Positions 19,281 to 29,461 of a stretch of 64,000 nucleotides of DNA are shown here, piece after piece. The notes beneath the pieces were generated by a model. The model saw only the letters and a program-made list of their open reading frames with translations, did no database searches and was not told the DNA's origin. Position 1 is the first letter of the stretch. Each line of letters opens with the position of its first letter. The translations under genes were made by a program, and so were the position numbers. The DNA is from Candidatus Woesearchaeota archaeon (lineage in GTDB: Archaea > Nanobdellota > Nanobdellia > Woesearchaeales > ARS49). The DNA lies in contig JASMHM010000004.1 in assembly GCA_030750765.1 (NCBI GenBank), positions 3,013-67,012 of the forward strand, written 5' to 3'.

Positions 19281-22200
19281 ACCTTCAAGCTAACAACGTT
19301 ACTTCTTCCTGCGTCAGGGTTCATGCTGACGCCGTAGAGGATGTCTGCTTGGTTTATGAGGGCGTCATTGTGCGACACGATGATGTACTGTGCGCTTTCG
19401 CCGTATTGGTGGATGAGTTTGGCTAGCTTGTCGCTATTTGCTTTATCTAGGGCTGCGTCCACCTCGTCCATGACGTAGAAGGTGGCTGGATCGTGCTCTT
19501 GGATGGCAAATAAGAAGCTTAGCGCAGTCATGGTCTTCTCTCCTCCAGACAAAGAACGAATGTCTAAGTGTTTGCCTTGACTTACCTCTACGCGCATGCT
19601 CATGCCGGCCTCGAAGGGTTCTTCTCTGCTGCCTATGGTTAGTGTTGCCGTTCTTCCTTTTGGGTTGAGTTCTGAGAAGATCCTTTGGAAGTGTTCATTG
19701 ATGCTGTCAAAGGTTCCCAAGAACATTCTTGCCTTGTTCACTTCTATGTCTTGCATGAGTTCGGTGACGCTTTCTTTTTCCTTAAGAAGAACTTCTTTCT
19801 TGTCTTGTAGGACGGTGAACTCTTTTTCTGCGATGTCATACACATCTAGACTTCTGAGATTGACGTTGCCCACACCTGCGAGCTTTCTCTCGCCCTCATT
19901 GATTAACTTTTGTAGGACTTCTTCGTTCTTGTTATGGTCTAACTCTACTCCGGCATACTGTGCCATGGTTTCGTTGATGGTGGCCATCTCTGCTGCCACG
20001 CGTGTTTCTTCTACAGAAATAGCATTTTCTTGCATCTCTTCTCTTCTGCTCTCTTCTTCGACCATGAGCTGGCTTCTTTCTTTTTGATTAATATCGTGGG
20101 TGAACTTGTCGCGTTTGGCAAACATGTCTTTGAACTGTACGTTCGCTTTTGCTTGTTCTTTCTCCTTAGTACGGAGTTCCTCTTCTTGACTTTTGATGCC
20201 GTCGGTAAGCGTGGTTATTTTCTCCTTGTGTGCCTTTTCTTCTTGTTGCATTTTCGCAAGGAGTTCCTTGTTTTTTTGTACGTCTACTCCAATAACTTCT
20301 GAGATCTTTACTTCTAGACCGTGGAGCTCGGTTTTTACTTTGGATAGGTTTTCTTGCAAGTTTTGTTTTTGTTGTTCGAAGGCGTGGAGTTCTGCTAGCA
20401 CTCCAGGATTGCGTATTTGTTTGGTTTGTTCGCGTAGTTTTTGCCTTTTGGTCATGTGTTGGGTTATCGTAGTGGTGTGGTCGTCAATATCGTCTTTGAC
20501 CTTGTCTAGGCCTTTGTCGAGTTCTTTTTGTTTGTCTTGGAGTTGTTGTTTGTAGTCTTTGCCTTCTTCTTCGTCTACCACATGGAGGCTTTTTTCGAGT
20601 TTGATGATTTCTCCTTCTAGTGTTGCTTTTTCTTGTCGTAGTTCAGTTATTCTTTGGTCTGTTATCGCTCGGCTTTTCTCTAGCATGTGTTCTTTTTCTT
20701 CCAACCCAACAAGATCTTTGCTTGTTTTTTCTATCTTGCCTGTGAGATCTTTCTCTTTGAAGGCGCTTCTGCGTCTTCGGAAGCCGCCGGTCATGCTGCC
20801 AGCTTTTTCTAGGAGGTCTCCTTGTAAGGTAACCATCCTGTATTTTCCTTGACCTATTTTTTTGGCCTCTTCAAGGTCTGCCACCACTAGGGTGTTGGCT
20901 AGCACGAACTGAAAGATGGATTGGTAGCGTGGATCGTAGGTGACGTGGTCTATTGCTCTTTTGATGCCAGGTGGTGGCGCCTCTATTTTGGGCGGCTTGA
21001 TCTTGTTTAGGGGTAGGAAGGTAGCCACGCCTAGTTTTCTTTCTCGTAGGAAGCGTATGCAGTTCTTGGCTATGCTGTCTGTCTCCACCACAATACTAGT
21101 GAGTCGTGCTCCTGCTGCCACTTCTAAGGCTATGGTGTGTTTGCCCTCTACTTCGCCTAATTCTCCTACCGTGCCTATGACACCTTGGACTTGTTCTTTG
21201 ATTTTCTTGGCTAAAACATCCACATTTGCTGCGCGGAACTCTGCTTGCTTCACTTCTAAGGCTCCTAATTCTTGTTTGGCTTCTTGGACTTTTTGTTTGA
21301 TCTTGCCTAGCTCGCCTGCTTCTTTGCTGTCCCGATTTAGGAGTTCGTTTAATTCTTTGACGGCTCGTTTGAAGGTCTCTTTTTGTGTTTTGAGGCTTGC
21401 CAGCTCTTCTTTGTGTTTGGAGAGCATGTCTTTGTAGGCTTCTTCTTGCTGTTCGATGGTTTGGATTTGGTATTCTGCTCGATCCTTGTCTCGTAGCGTT
21501 TGTTGTTGCGTCTCTCGAAGTTCGTGCACTATTGTTTGTAGTTTTTCGAGTTCTTTGTCGATCTCTTCTATCTGGATTTCTGTTTCGTGCGCAGAGTCTA
21601 GACCTTTTGCTTTCTTGAACTTTTCGAGCTTGTCTTCTGCGGCCTTGAGTTGGAGTGCTACCTCGTCTCTTTGTCCTTCTTTGGCTTTTTTCTCTGTCTC
21701 TACTTCTTGGGTTCGGTTTTCTGAGCTTTTGAAGGTCTCTTTGATCTCTTGTTGTTGTTTACTCAGTTTTGTTATGGTTTCGCGTAACCCTTGGATGCGT
21801 TCTTTGTTGGTGGCTAGCCCTACTTTCAACACTTCTATGCGTTGTTGTAGCTCTGCTGCCTCCACCTCGCCTTTGCTTTCGATGTCTTTATTGAGGACGT
21901 TGAGCTGTTCTTTGGTGATGCTGATCTCATTCCCTATCTTGCTTGCCTTTTCTCGTAGTTCTCCTATTTTCTTCTGTATGCCCTGACTTCGCTCTTTCAA
22001 CTTTGTTCTACTCTTCTCTTTGGTGTTGTATTGCTTATGCAAAAGACTGGCTTTGAACACTTTGACCTTGTCAGCAGTATCTTTGTAGATGATGGCTTGA
22101 TCTCTCTCCTTTTTGAGTTCTCTAAGATGTCCTTGTCGTTCTTTCAATACTATCTCTGCTTCGTTCAATCTTTGGTCTACTTTGGCTAATTCCTTTATGG

Positions 22201-22759
22201 CTTGTAGTTTTTTCTCTTCATAAACGCCGATGCCGGCTATTTCCTCAACAATCTGTCTCCGGTCTACGGGATTCATCTCTACTAGTCTAGTGATGTCTCC
22301 TTGCATGATGATGTTGTAGCCGTCTGGGTTTATTTTTGCGGTTCTCAACAATTCTAGCACTTCTTGTCTTGTCACCGTACCATTGTTGATCTTGTACTTG
22401 CTTGCTCCATCCTTTCTGACCGCTCTTGTTACTTTGATTTCCTTTTCTTCAAAGGGGAAGAACTTTTGTTCGTTGTCAAAGAAGATGCTTACCTCTGCGC
22501 TGTTGGCGGGTTGTTTAGTTTTGCCCCCATTATAGATGAGGTGGGCGCTTTTTTCTGCGCGTAACTGTTTTGAGCTGCTTTTGCCTAGCACAAAACAGAT
22601 GGCGTCTGCTACATTGCTCTTTCCAGATCCATTAGGTCCTAGGACGACAGAGAACTTCTTGTCAAACACTAGTTCGGTGCGCTTGGCAAAGCTTTTGAAG
22701 CCTTCCATCACGAGTTTGGTTATTCTCGTGCCTTTAAGTTCTTGAGCCTGTGCTTCCAC
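19277..22759 (-). CDS. smc: chromosome segregation protein SMC
   Basis: GFKSF, GPNGSGKS, hinge (VATFLPL, VTLQGD), LSGGEK, DEVDAALD. Confidence 0.96.
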   Translation of the reverse strand: MEAQAQELKGTRITKLVMEGFKSFAKRTELVFDKKFSVVLGPNGSGKSNVADAICFVLGKSSSKQLRAEKSAHLIYNGGKTKQPANSAEVSIFFDNEQKFFPFEEKEIKVTRAVRKDGASKYKINNGTVTRQEVLELLRTAKINPDGYNIIMQGDITRLVEMNPVDRRQIVEEIAGIGVYEEKKLQAIKELAKVDQRLNEAEIVLKERQGHLRELKKERDQAIIYKDTADKVKVFKASLLHKQYNTKEKSRTKLKERSQGIQKKIGELREKASKIGNEISITKEQLNVLNKDIESKGEVEAAELQQRIEVLKVGLATNKERIQGLRETITKLSKQQQEIKETFKSSENRTQEVETEKKAKEGQRDEVALQLKAAEDKLEKFKKAKGLDSAHETEIQIEEIDKELEKLQTIVHELRETQQQTLRDKDRAEYQIQTIEQQEEAYKDMLSKHKEELASLKTQKETFKRAVKELNELLNRDSKEAGELGKIKQKVQEAKQELGALEVKQAEFRAANVDVLAKKIKEQVQGVIGTVGELGEVEGKHTIALEVAAGARLTSIVVETDSIAKNCIRFLRERKLGVATFLPLNKIKPPKIEAPPPGIKRAIDHVTYDPRYQSIFQFVLANTLVVADLEEAKKIGQGKYRMVTLQGDLLEKAGSMTGGFRRRRSAFKEKDLTGKIEKTSKDLVGLEEKEHMLEKSRAITDQRITELRQEKATLEGEIIKLEKSLHVVDEEEGKDYKQQLQDKQKELDKGLDKVKDDIDDHTTTITQHMTKRQKLREQTKQIRNPGVLAELHAFEQQKQNLQENLSKVKTELHGLEVKISEVIGVDVQKNKELLAKMQQEEKAHKEKITTLTDGIKSQEEELRTKEKEQAKANVQFKDMFAKRDKFTHDINQKERSQLMVEEESRREEMQENAISVEETRVAAEMATINETMAQYAGVELDHNKNEEVLQKLINEGERKLAGVGNVNLRSLDVYDIAEKEFTVLQDKKEVLLKEKESVTELMQDIEVNKARMFLGTFDSINEHFQRIFSELNPKGRTATLTIGSREEPFEAGMSMRVEVSQGKHLDIRSLSGGEKTMTALSFLFAIQEHDPATFYVMDEVDAALDKANSDKLAKLIHQYGESAQYIIVSHNDALINQADILYGVSMNPDAGRSNVVSLKV

Positions 22760-22790
22760 GACTAAACCGCAAGAATTGAGCTATATAATG

Positions 22791-23024
22791 CTATCTGTTC
22801 CTTCTACCACGCACACCAAAGAGGCCTATCGTGGCGGACAGACTTTGTAGGCTTAGTAAGAGTGTACATATCGCGAACAACCACATCAGGTTGGTGTCAG
22901 ATAGTGCTTGGGACAAGTCTCTACTCAGTTTGATCGTGTCTAGTTGTTGGAGTAGGAATAATACGAAGAGTATGAGGCCTCCTACGCCCAGCATGAGGCT
23001 TGTGGACTCTATTTTTTCTGGCAT
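22791..23024 (-). CDS. small two-TM membrane protein
   Basis: Two hydrophobic helices; lies between rnhB and smc. Confidence 0.55.
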   Translation of the reverse strand: MPEKIESTSLMLGVGGLILFVLFLLQQLDTIKLSRDLSQALSDTNLMWLFAICTLLLSLQSLSATIGLFGVRGRRNR

Positions 23025-23044
23025 GAGTTTGCGCAACAGTTGGC

Positions 23045-23704
23045 TTATTTAAAACTGTCGAGACTTTGTTGTTTTTGGGCGGCAATCATTTTCTTGTAGG
23101 GAGCCCAGCTTTTTCTGAATATTGCAGGATGCTTGTCCCAGTATTTTTCTAAGAACGCCTTGGTTTTTGGGTCTGATGGGTAGCCATTGCCAAAGTCTAT
23201 CCCTACCTTTTTTTTCAGCTCTTCTATCGCGTCATCTCTTGTTACTTTAGCAATAATACTCGCTGCGGACACTTCTGGATGGTTCAAGTCCGCTTTGTGC
23301 TCGAATAGTATGTGCATGCTCTTGTCCTCTACCCTTGCCTTGACGTAGTCTCCCCATGCCTCTCTGTTGGGGCTAGGACAGTCAACCACGGCTTGTTTGG
23401 GTTTGAGCTTGTTGAGGATTATTGCTACCTTTTCTGCCTCTAACCAGTTCAGATTGCTCTCTCCTAAGACTGCAGCATCGATCTCTTCTGGAGGGATGCT
23501 CACACAGAACCATTCGTGTTGTTTTTTTAGTTTAGGCGCTAGCTCTCTTCGCTTTTCGTCTGTGAGTAATTTGCTGTCTTGGACTCCGAGTTGTATGAGT
23601 GCTTCTTTGTCGTGCGTTTTCAACCCGCACATGACTAGGGGTCCTATGGCTGGCCCTCTTCCTGCCTCGTCAATACCGCAGTACATAGTGGTGTGCTTCT
23701 TCAC
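23045..23704 (-). CDS. rnhB: ribonuclease HII
   Basis: GIDEAGRGP, DSK, AASIIAKVTRD, GYPSD; PIP box QQSLDSF. Confidence 0.96.
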   Translation of the reverse strand: MKKHTTMYCGIDEAGRGPAIGPLVMCGLKTHDKEALIQLGVQDSKLLTDEKRRELAPKLKKQHEWFCVSIPPEEIDAAVLGESNLNWLEAEKVAIILNKLKPKQAVVDCPSPNREAWGDYVKARVEDKSMHILFEHKADLNHPEVSAASIIAKVTRDDAIEELKKKVGIDFGNGYPSDPKTKAFLEKYWDKHPAIFRKSWAPYKKMIAAQKQQSLDSFK

Positions 23705-23758
23705 TACTATATCAAGGTTGGCAAAGCCTTTTTAAACTGTGTTCCTTTCTTTCTAGTT

Positions 23759-23833
23759 AGCGGAGTGGGGAAGTCTGGAGTTCCCGGGGGGCTCATAACC
23801 CTCAGGTCGTTGGTTCAAATCCAACCTCCGCTA
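23759..23833 (+). tRNA. initiator tRNA-Met(CAT)
   Basis: A1-U72 acceptor pair and GGG/CCC anticodon stem around CTCATAA. Confidence 0.93.
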
Positions 23834-23836
23834 CTT

Positions 23837-24715
23837 TTATTCCATTCCTAGAACATCGCGTACATACCCTCGCCGTATTAAATCAGGTCCGCGACCCAAT
23901 TCATACGATCGGAAGAGTTTTGCTGCTGCTTTTTCTAAACTTCTGGCTCCGAACGAGCTTTCCTCGCAATAGTCTATAACTGCATTCTTGGCAGCCTCGG
24001 TCATCTTTACTGCTCGTTCCTTCGTTCCCTTCGCAGCCCTGAAGGTTCTTGCAAACTCACCATATGGGTTTCCCATAATCTTGACATAATCGAGCCGCGT
24101 GAGTGGTTCTGTTGCTTCTATTTGGGCGATCCTTCCTATGAGTTGTTCATGGACGCCGAACTCGATGAGGTCCTCCTCGGTGATGCGTGTGTCTACTTCA
24201 GGTTGACGATGAAAACCTATGCCGCCCATTTGCCGGGCCTCCGCTATCTCTTCCAACCCGTCGAAGGATCCTGTGAGGAAGAAGACCATGTCGTGCGTCC
24301 TTCTATCATACACTTGGGCACCGCTCAACCAAGGGATGAGCTCCACCTGGACGTCTTGCGCTGATCCATACACTCGGACGAGTTTGTCAAGTTCATCCAA
24401 ATGTACCGCGGCGTGTGTATCCTCTGCCGGAATCTGTTGGAAAATATCAACGAGATTCTCCCCCACAAGTCCTGCCTCGCTCTTTCCTGTTAAGGGGAAC
24501 TGGTAGTAGGGTATGCCGGAAGCCTCGCATGCACACTGGATGGTGTGCGTCTTGCCGGTACCCGTCCTGCCTCGTATAAGGGTGTTAAGTTTGGGTTTTT
24601 TACCACCGTTCATGCGATGAAATTGTCGTTGTATGGCAACCGCTACGGCTTCCTTTACGTCTCTCTGCCCGCGCACCTTCATATTGAGGTCGTTCATGAG
24701 CTCTGACGCGGTCAT
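23837..24715 (-). CDS. ClpX/HslU-like AAA+ ATPase (start uncertain, could extend to 24820)
   Basis: VRGQ, GRTGTGKT, GLVGEN pore loop, LDELDK, IGF loop, LIGRI, GARSL. Confidence 0.8.
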   Translation of the reverse strand: MTASELMNDLNMKVRGQRDVKEAVAVAIQRQFHRMNGGKKPKLNTLIRGRTGTGKTHTIQCACEASGIPYYQFPLTGKSEAGLVGENLVDIFQQIPAEDTHAAVHLDELDKLVRVYGSAQDVQVELIPWLSGAQVYDRRTHDMVFFLTGSFDGLEEIAEARQMGGIGFHRQPEVDTRITEEDLIEFGVHEQLIGRIAQIEATEPLTRLDYVKIMGNPYGEFARTFRAAKGTKERAVKMTEAAKNAVIDYCEESSFGARSLEKAAAKLFRSYELGRGPDLIRRGYVRDVLGME

Positions 24716-24861
24716 GATCTGTCGGGTCTCTGGAAGAGAGAGCGCACTCTTTTTTCTTATCTTCGTCTTGCGTTTTAAGGCCACAGTGGGGCGTTTGTTG
24801 TCGCGTAAGCTATAAAGCATTCCGCATCATTTTTAAACTACCCTTGCTCTTATACTCCTAT

Positions 24862-24946
24862 GCCGCGGTGGCGCAGTTCGGTTACCGCGTGAGATTGCTA
24901 ATCTCATTTCCTTCGGGATTCCCCGGTTCAAATCCGGGCCGCGGCG
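24862..24946 (+). tRNA. tRNA-Ser(GCT)
   Basis: Acceptor GCCGCGG/CCGCGGC, TGAGA-TTGCTAA-TCTCA arm, long variable arm, G discriminator. Confidence 0.95.
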
Positions 24947-24979
24947 TACTTTTTTAAACTCCACTCATACGTTATAGAT

Positions 24980-25339
24980 ATGCATACTGTTGTAGTGGTT
25001 GGGCATGGTCGGGATGATGGTCTCCTTTTGGAGAGCATGGCTCGTGATGTGGGTGCGCGTACTGCTAGCTTAAGAACGTGGAATGACACGCAAGAATACA
25101 TTGATACAGGAAGGCCTGCAGATTTATACTTAGTAAATGACTTGTTAGATGCCAACGGAGAGCAGGGAGCAGAACTTATTGGGGATGTCTTGCAGTTGTG
25201 CCCAGAAACAAGATGTATGATTGTTTCAGACTATCAAACAGAACAAGAACTCGCCGCAACACAAGGTGCCATACCTGGCTTTGGTAAGAGAGAATCACGC
25301 GATAACATCAAAGCAAAGATCAAAGATGCCTTAGCGTAA
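24980..25339 (+). CDS. atypical stand-alone receiver (REC-like) domain protein
   Basis: REC-fold pattern ADLYLVND...G.ELI...MIVS...GAIPGFGK. Confidence 0.65.
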   Translation: MHTVVVVGHGRDDGLLLESMARDVGARTASLRTWNDTQEYIDTGRPADLYLVNDLLDANGEQGAELIGDVLQLCPETRCMIVSDYQTEQELAATQGAIPGFGKRESRDNIKAKIKDALA

Positions 25340-25371
25340 GCCTTTTATACCGCAACACTTCTCATTTTCTC

Positions 25372-25587
25372 ATGAGCGTAGGATTGAATAAGCCTGGAGA
25401 TCTTAGAAACGAAGTGAACAAGCTTGATGAAGCAGCTCGTGTTGTAGACACGCCTGGCCCTACAGAAGGTCAGAAAGTGAAGAGTCTGGCAAAGCAAGGA
25501 CTTTTCTGGATCGTTATCGCTATCGTTGCTTTAGCTGTAATGTACTATTTTGCCAAACCGTTTATTGCAGACTTAGGACTCTTGTAA
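25372..25587 (+). CDS. small membrane protein
   Basis: C-terminal TM helix, TTTTATA box upstream. Confidence 0.65.
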   Translation: MSVGLNKPGDLRNEVNKLDEAARVVDTPGPTEGQKVKSLAKQGLFWIVIAIVALAVMYYFAKPFIADLGLL

Positions 25588-25716
25588 CAATTCAGCGGTT
25601 GTCTTTGGCTTGAACTCTACCACTTGAGAAGATGCACACATAGGACACATGTTTGGCATCTCTTTTCTCATAAACGTGTAGTGGCAGTGCATGCAATAGA
25701 ATCTTTCTTTGGTCAT
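25573..25716 (-). CDS. 47-aa Zn-ribbon/rubredoxin-like microprotein, not in the ORF track
   Basis: MTKERFYCMHCHYTF...CPMCAS; TATAAA ~25 nt upstream. Confidence 0.7.
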   Translation of the reverse strand: MTKERFYCMHCHYTFMRKEMPNMCPMCASSQVVEFKPKTTAELLQES

Positions 25717-25748
25717 TAAGAATCCCAAGAACCACTCATATTTATAGG

Positions 25749-26036
25749 TTACGTTGAGAAGTACGCCACACAGTACTCTACCGCGCCTCGTTCGTCATCC
25801 ACGCAACTCTTTACCTCGGGGAATGAGCAGAAGTTTACAGGAGCAGCTAAAACATCATTTTCTGCAGCAAAATCTTCATATAATTGTTGTGCGTTGTTCA
25901 CGATGCATTCTCCGTCTATGGTGTCGAAGACTGCAACCTTGTACCCGGTCGTGTTGCCCTGCAGGTTGAAGCCGACAAGGCCTACTGCTAGCAATCCTAC
26001 CACTAAAAGCACGATGCTTGCGTGATGCTCGCTCAT
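25749..26036 (-). CDS. small secreted Cys-containing protein
   Basis: N-terminal TM followed by a TTGY motif; four Cys. Confidence 0.6.
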   Translation of the reverse strand: MSEHHASIVLLVVGLLAVGLVGFNLQGNTTGYKVAVFDTIDGECIVNNAQQLYEDFAAENDVLAAPVNFCSFPEVKSCVDDERGAVEYCVAYFST

Positions 26037-26108
26037 ACCGCAAACCTCAGTCTCCAAGCTTAAATACTTTTCCCAAGCTTTTTTAAATCCAACCGTGTAC
26101 GCGCGTCT

Positions 26109-28064
26109 ATGAGGTGGTTGTTATTCTTGTTACTCGTGCCAGGCGTCTTTGCCATGGAGGCAGACTTGTTTACGAGAAGCCAGGCAAACATCGACATCAA
26201 CCTTACCGGATCGGTAAGCGTAGAGACCGAAGGCTACGGACGCCTAGACTTTTTGACCGTAGACTTGGCTTTCGTTCCTAAGAATGATGTAGGGCAGTTA
26301 GTGACTTCCTTAGTCCCCAACCGTCCAGCCCAGGTCTTCACGGACAAGATCCAGTACACGTGGGACAATCCGAAAGAGAAGGATTTTGAGTACGGTGCTG
26401 CAGCAAGCGTTCAAACTTCCAGCTTTGGCAAGGTCTACAGCCCTGTGCCTTTTCCTTTTGACATCCGTAAGGTGCCAGTAAAGTTCCGTCAATACCTCAA
26501 ACCTACGGATTTGGTGGACAGCAACCATCCTGCTGTCCAAGAGATCGCACGTGAGTTACGCGAGGGTGAGACAGAGATGTGGAGTTTGGTGAGCAAGAGC
26601 GCCATCTGGGTTAGGGACAACGTACAGTACAATCTTTCCACCCTAAACGTTCCTGCATCAAAATCTTCTTCATGGGTGCTCAGCACCAGAAGTGGGGTGT
26701 GCGCAGAACTCACCACGCTATTTGTGTCGTTAATGAGAAACATGGGCATCCCTGCACGCTTTGTGAGCGGAGTGGCCTACACCAACTCTGATCTCTTCCC
26801 CCTCAAATGGGGCGGTCACGCATGGGCCGAGGTATTCTTCCCTGACTATGGATGGATACCGTTTGACGTCACGTTTGGCGAGTTCGGCTGGATCAATCCA
26901 GGTCATGTAAAAACCTTAACGAGTTTGGATGCTAGCGATCCTAGTACAAGGTTTAAGTGGAGAGGGACAGGAGTCCAACTGCGTCTCAAACCCTTAACCA
27001 TACAAGCAAGCGTTCGCAGCCGCGGACCAAAGGATCCTCCGTTTGTGGATCTAAAAATGAGAGTTGCCAAGAACCAAGTAGGTCCGGGATCCTACAGTCT
27101 TTTAGTGATCGATATCGAAAACAAGCTCAACATCTACCAAACCATAGAGTTAAGCCTTGCTAAAGTGAAAGAACTACGACCCTTAGCAAAGAGCAAGTAC
27201 GCCATCCTTCCTCCTAGAGGCAAGAAAACCGTGTTCTGGGCAGTCCAAGTGTCTGAAGAGCTTCTGAAAGGCTTCCAATACGCCGTACCCTTGTACGTGT
27301 ACACCGCGCATAACGAAACAGTAACTACGACGCTATCTGCCTCAGAAGAAGGCTATGTGTACGGGTTTAATGACATTGCCAAAGAACAAGCCCTATTGAA
27401 AGAAGAGACAGACAAGAAGTTGAGCAGCGACGTGCAGTTCACCTGTATCCCCGAAAAGCCTTTCGTGTACAAGTATGAGACTACATCCGTCAAGTGCACC
27501 TTCATCAATCCCAACCCGCTAGAGGACATGAGCCTGTGCTTGCAACAGTGCGTGCCATGGAAAGGAACACTCATGAGTGTTCCCTTATACTTCACCAAAG
27601 CAGGTTTCCAAGAAATCACTGCCACGTTAAGGGGAGATACGGTGACGAGAAGTGCTCGCATCATGATGGAGATGTTAGACACGCCCGCCATCACCGTGCA
27701 AGACCTCTCACCACCTGCCGAAGTTAAGTTTTCTGAACAAGCAGACTTTGCCTTAACACTTCAAAAAGAAAGCTTTGCCAAGCCAGAAAATGTTAACGTG
27801 GTGCTAAGCTGGTCTGGACATTCCCAAGTGATCGAGATAGAAAAGTTGGGCGTTGATCAACCCTTACTGTTCACGATTCTTGGAGAAAGCTTGAACAGGA
27901 AAAGAACCCTGCTCAACCTAGGTATCACCTGGGAAGACAAGAACGGCAAGCAGTACGAACACAACGACAAATTCTTAGTCCATACTACAGATGTCAAATT
28001 CTACCAACACATCCTCCTTTTCTTCCGCGACTTCTTCAGAAGTGTGGGTGAAGTGTTTAGCTAA
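26109..28064 (+). CDS. secreted transglutaminase-like (Cys protease fold) protein
   Basis: Signal peptide; triad GVCAE, GHAWAEV, WIPFDVT. Confidence 0.88.
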   Translation: MRWLLFLLLVPGVFAMEADLFTRSQANIDINLTGSVSVETEGYGRLDFLTVDLAFVPKNDVGQLVTSLVPNRPAQVFTDKIQYTWDNPKEKDFEYGAAASVQTSSFGKVYSPVPFPFDIRKVPVKFRQYLKPTDLVDSNHPAVQEIARELREGETEMWSLVSKSAIWVRDNVQYNLSTLNVPASKSSSWVLSTRSGVCAELTTLFVSLMRNMGIPARFVSGVAYTNSDLFPLKWGGHAWAEVFFPDYGWIPFDVTFGEFGWINPGHVKTLTSLDASDPSTRFKWRGTGVQLRLKPLTIQASVRSRGPKDPPFVDLKMRVAKNQVGPGSYSLLVIDIENKLNIYQTIELSLAKVKELRPLAKSKYAILPPRGKKTVFWAVQVSEELLKGFQYAVPLYVYTAHNETVTTTLSASEEGYVYGFNDIAKEQALLKEETDKKLSSDVQFTCIPEKPFVYKYETTSVKCTFINPNPLEDMSLCLQQCVPWKGTLMSVPLYFTKAGFQEITATLRGDTVTRSARIMMEMLDTPAITVQDLSPPAEVKFSEQADFALTLQKESFAKPENVNVVLSWSGHSQVIEIEKLGVDQPLLFTILGESLNRKRTLLNLGITWEDKNGKQYEHNDKFLVHTTDVKFYQHILLFFRDFFRSVGEVFS

Positions 28065-28098
28065 CCAACTTTATAAGTGACGACTGACCCTTCCCTGC

Positions 28099-29424
28099 AT
28101 GGGACTATCTGTGGCCAAGTTTGGAGGCAGCTCACTGTCTACCGAACAAAAAGTTCGTTGGGCAGCAAAAGTTGTGGCGGCAGATGAAGACCGAAGAATA
28201 ACAGTGGTCAGCGCTGCAGGCACGAGCGAAGAACACCAAATAAAACTCACCGACGATTGTTACTCTCTAGCTGCTGAATCTGATACTGTACTAATGACCC
28301 AGAAGACGGGGGCGATTATTGAGCGGTACCAAGCAATCTACCCAGACCAGAAAATGGACAAGATAAAGAAAGATCTAGAGTCGCGTCTGGGTGTTAGCTT
28401 TCCTACTCGCGCCCTCAGAACAGAGGCGATCGCTGCATGGGGAGATGAGGCACAAGCAAAACTGTTTGCGGAATTAACCGGACGGACATATGTTGATCCT
28501 GCTAATTTTTTGAGGGTGGCCGAAGTACGTGGTCGCATCGTTGTACTTCCAAAGAGCTATGATATGATGCAGACGTATTTCCGTGAAGGCTAGTTTGTCG
28601 CGCCAGGATTTTCGGGTCGTACTGAAGATGGAATCATACGGACTCTCGGCAGAAGTGGCTCTGACCGTTCACAGATGGAAATCGGCGCAGGATTAAGCGC
28701 CGAGGTATGTGAAAATTTTACAGACCAACTGGGAGTGTTCACTGCAGATCCCAGAATAATTGAACAAGCCTCACTTATTCCAGTAATAACTTACGATGAG
28801 ATGAGAGACCTTGCCCTGGGAGCGGGTGTCATCCACGCCCAAGCCCTCCACCCTGTAAAAAAGAAAGGCATCCCTGTTCACGTTCGCAGCGCAAGCGAAA
28901 CCAACCGACAAGGAACTCTAATCGTGTATGATCGTCAGGTAGACCCTGAACGGCCTGTTGTAGGTGTGTCATACAAGTCTGGTTATTGTTCGGTGGACGT
29001 CTCCCAAGATGGCATGAACGATGCTGTTGGTGTGTTTGCAGACGTGGCAGGTGTTTTCAAACAGCAAGGAATCTCTATCGAGTTTCCTCCAGCGGGCATT
29101 GATGACTTTTCAATGGTGTTCCATCAGGACCAACGGAAAGGGCCTGAAGCAGTAAATGATCTGTATCGTGCCCTTGCCCGAGATGGATTACTAGAAATGG
29201 ACGACATCGCATTTCAAGAAAACCTCGCCTGTGTGGTGGTGGCAGGTAAAGGACTCAAAGGTAGACAAGGAACTCTTGCTGAGATCATGGGAAAGTTGCG
29301 TGACGAGCAAATCAACGTGCGTTTTGTCTCCCAAGGACCTAAAGAACGATGCATCGTGGTAGGCACGAACGCAGACAAAGGCGTCCAGGCCTTCAAAGCA
29401 CTCCACGCACTCTACCTCGAGTAA
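28099..29424 (+). pseudogene. lysC: aspartate kinase interrupted by one in-frame TAG (28591-28593)
   Basis: KFGGSS and VVSA before the TAG; PGFSG...TLGRSGSD, FTADPR and two ACT domains follow in the same frame. Confidence 0.85.
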
Positions 29425-29461
29425 AGGTATCTTTATAAACTTAGTACGCCAAGCTGGCTAC

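Noticed and set aside
23759-25339. Integrated element at tRNA-Met/tRNA-Ser
   Set aside because: No integrase and no duplicated tRNA 3' end (att site) were seen in the window; only single foreign-looking genes.
28591-28593. Genome-wide TAG reassignment
   Set aside because: Conserved genes such as pyrG and rpl35ae end at TAG at the expected length, and no other conserved gene here is split by TAG.
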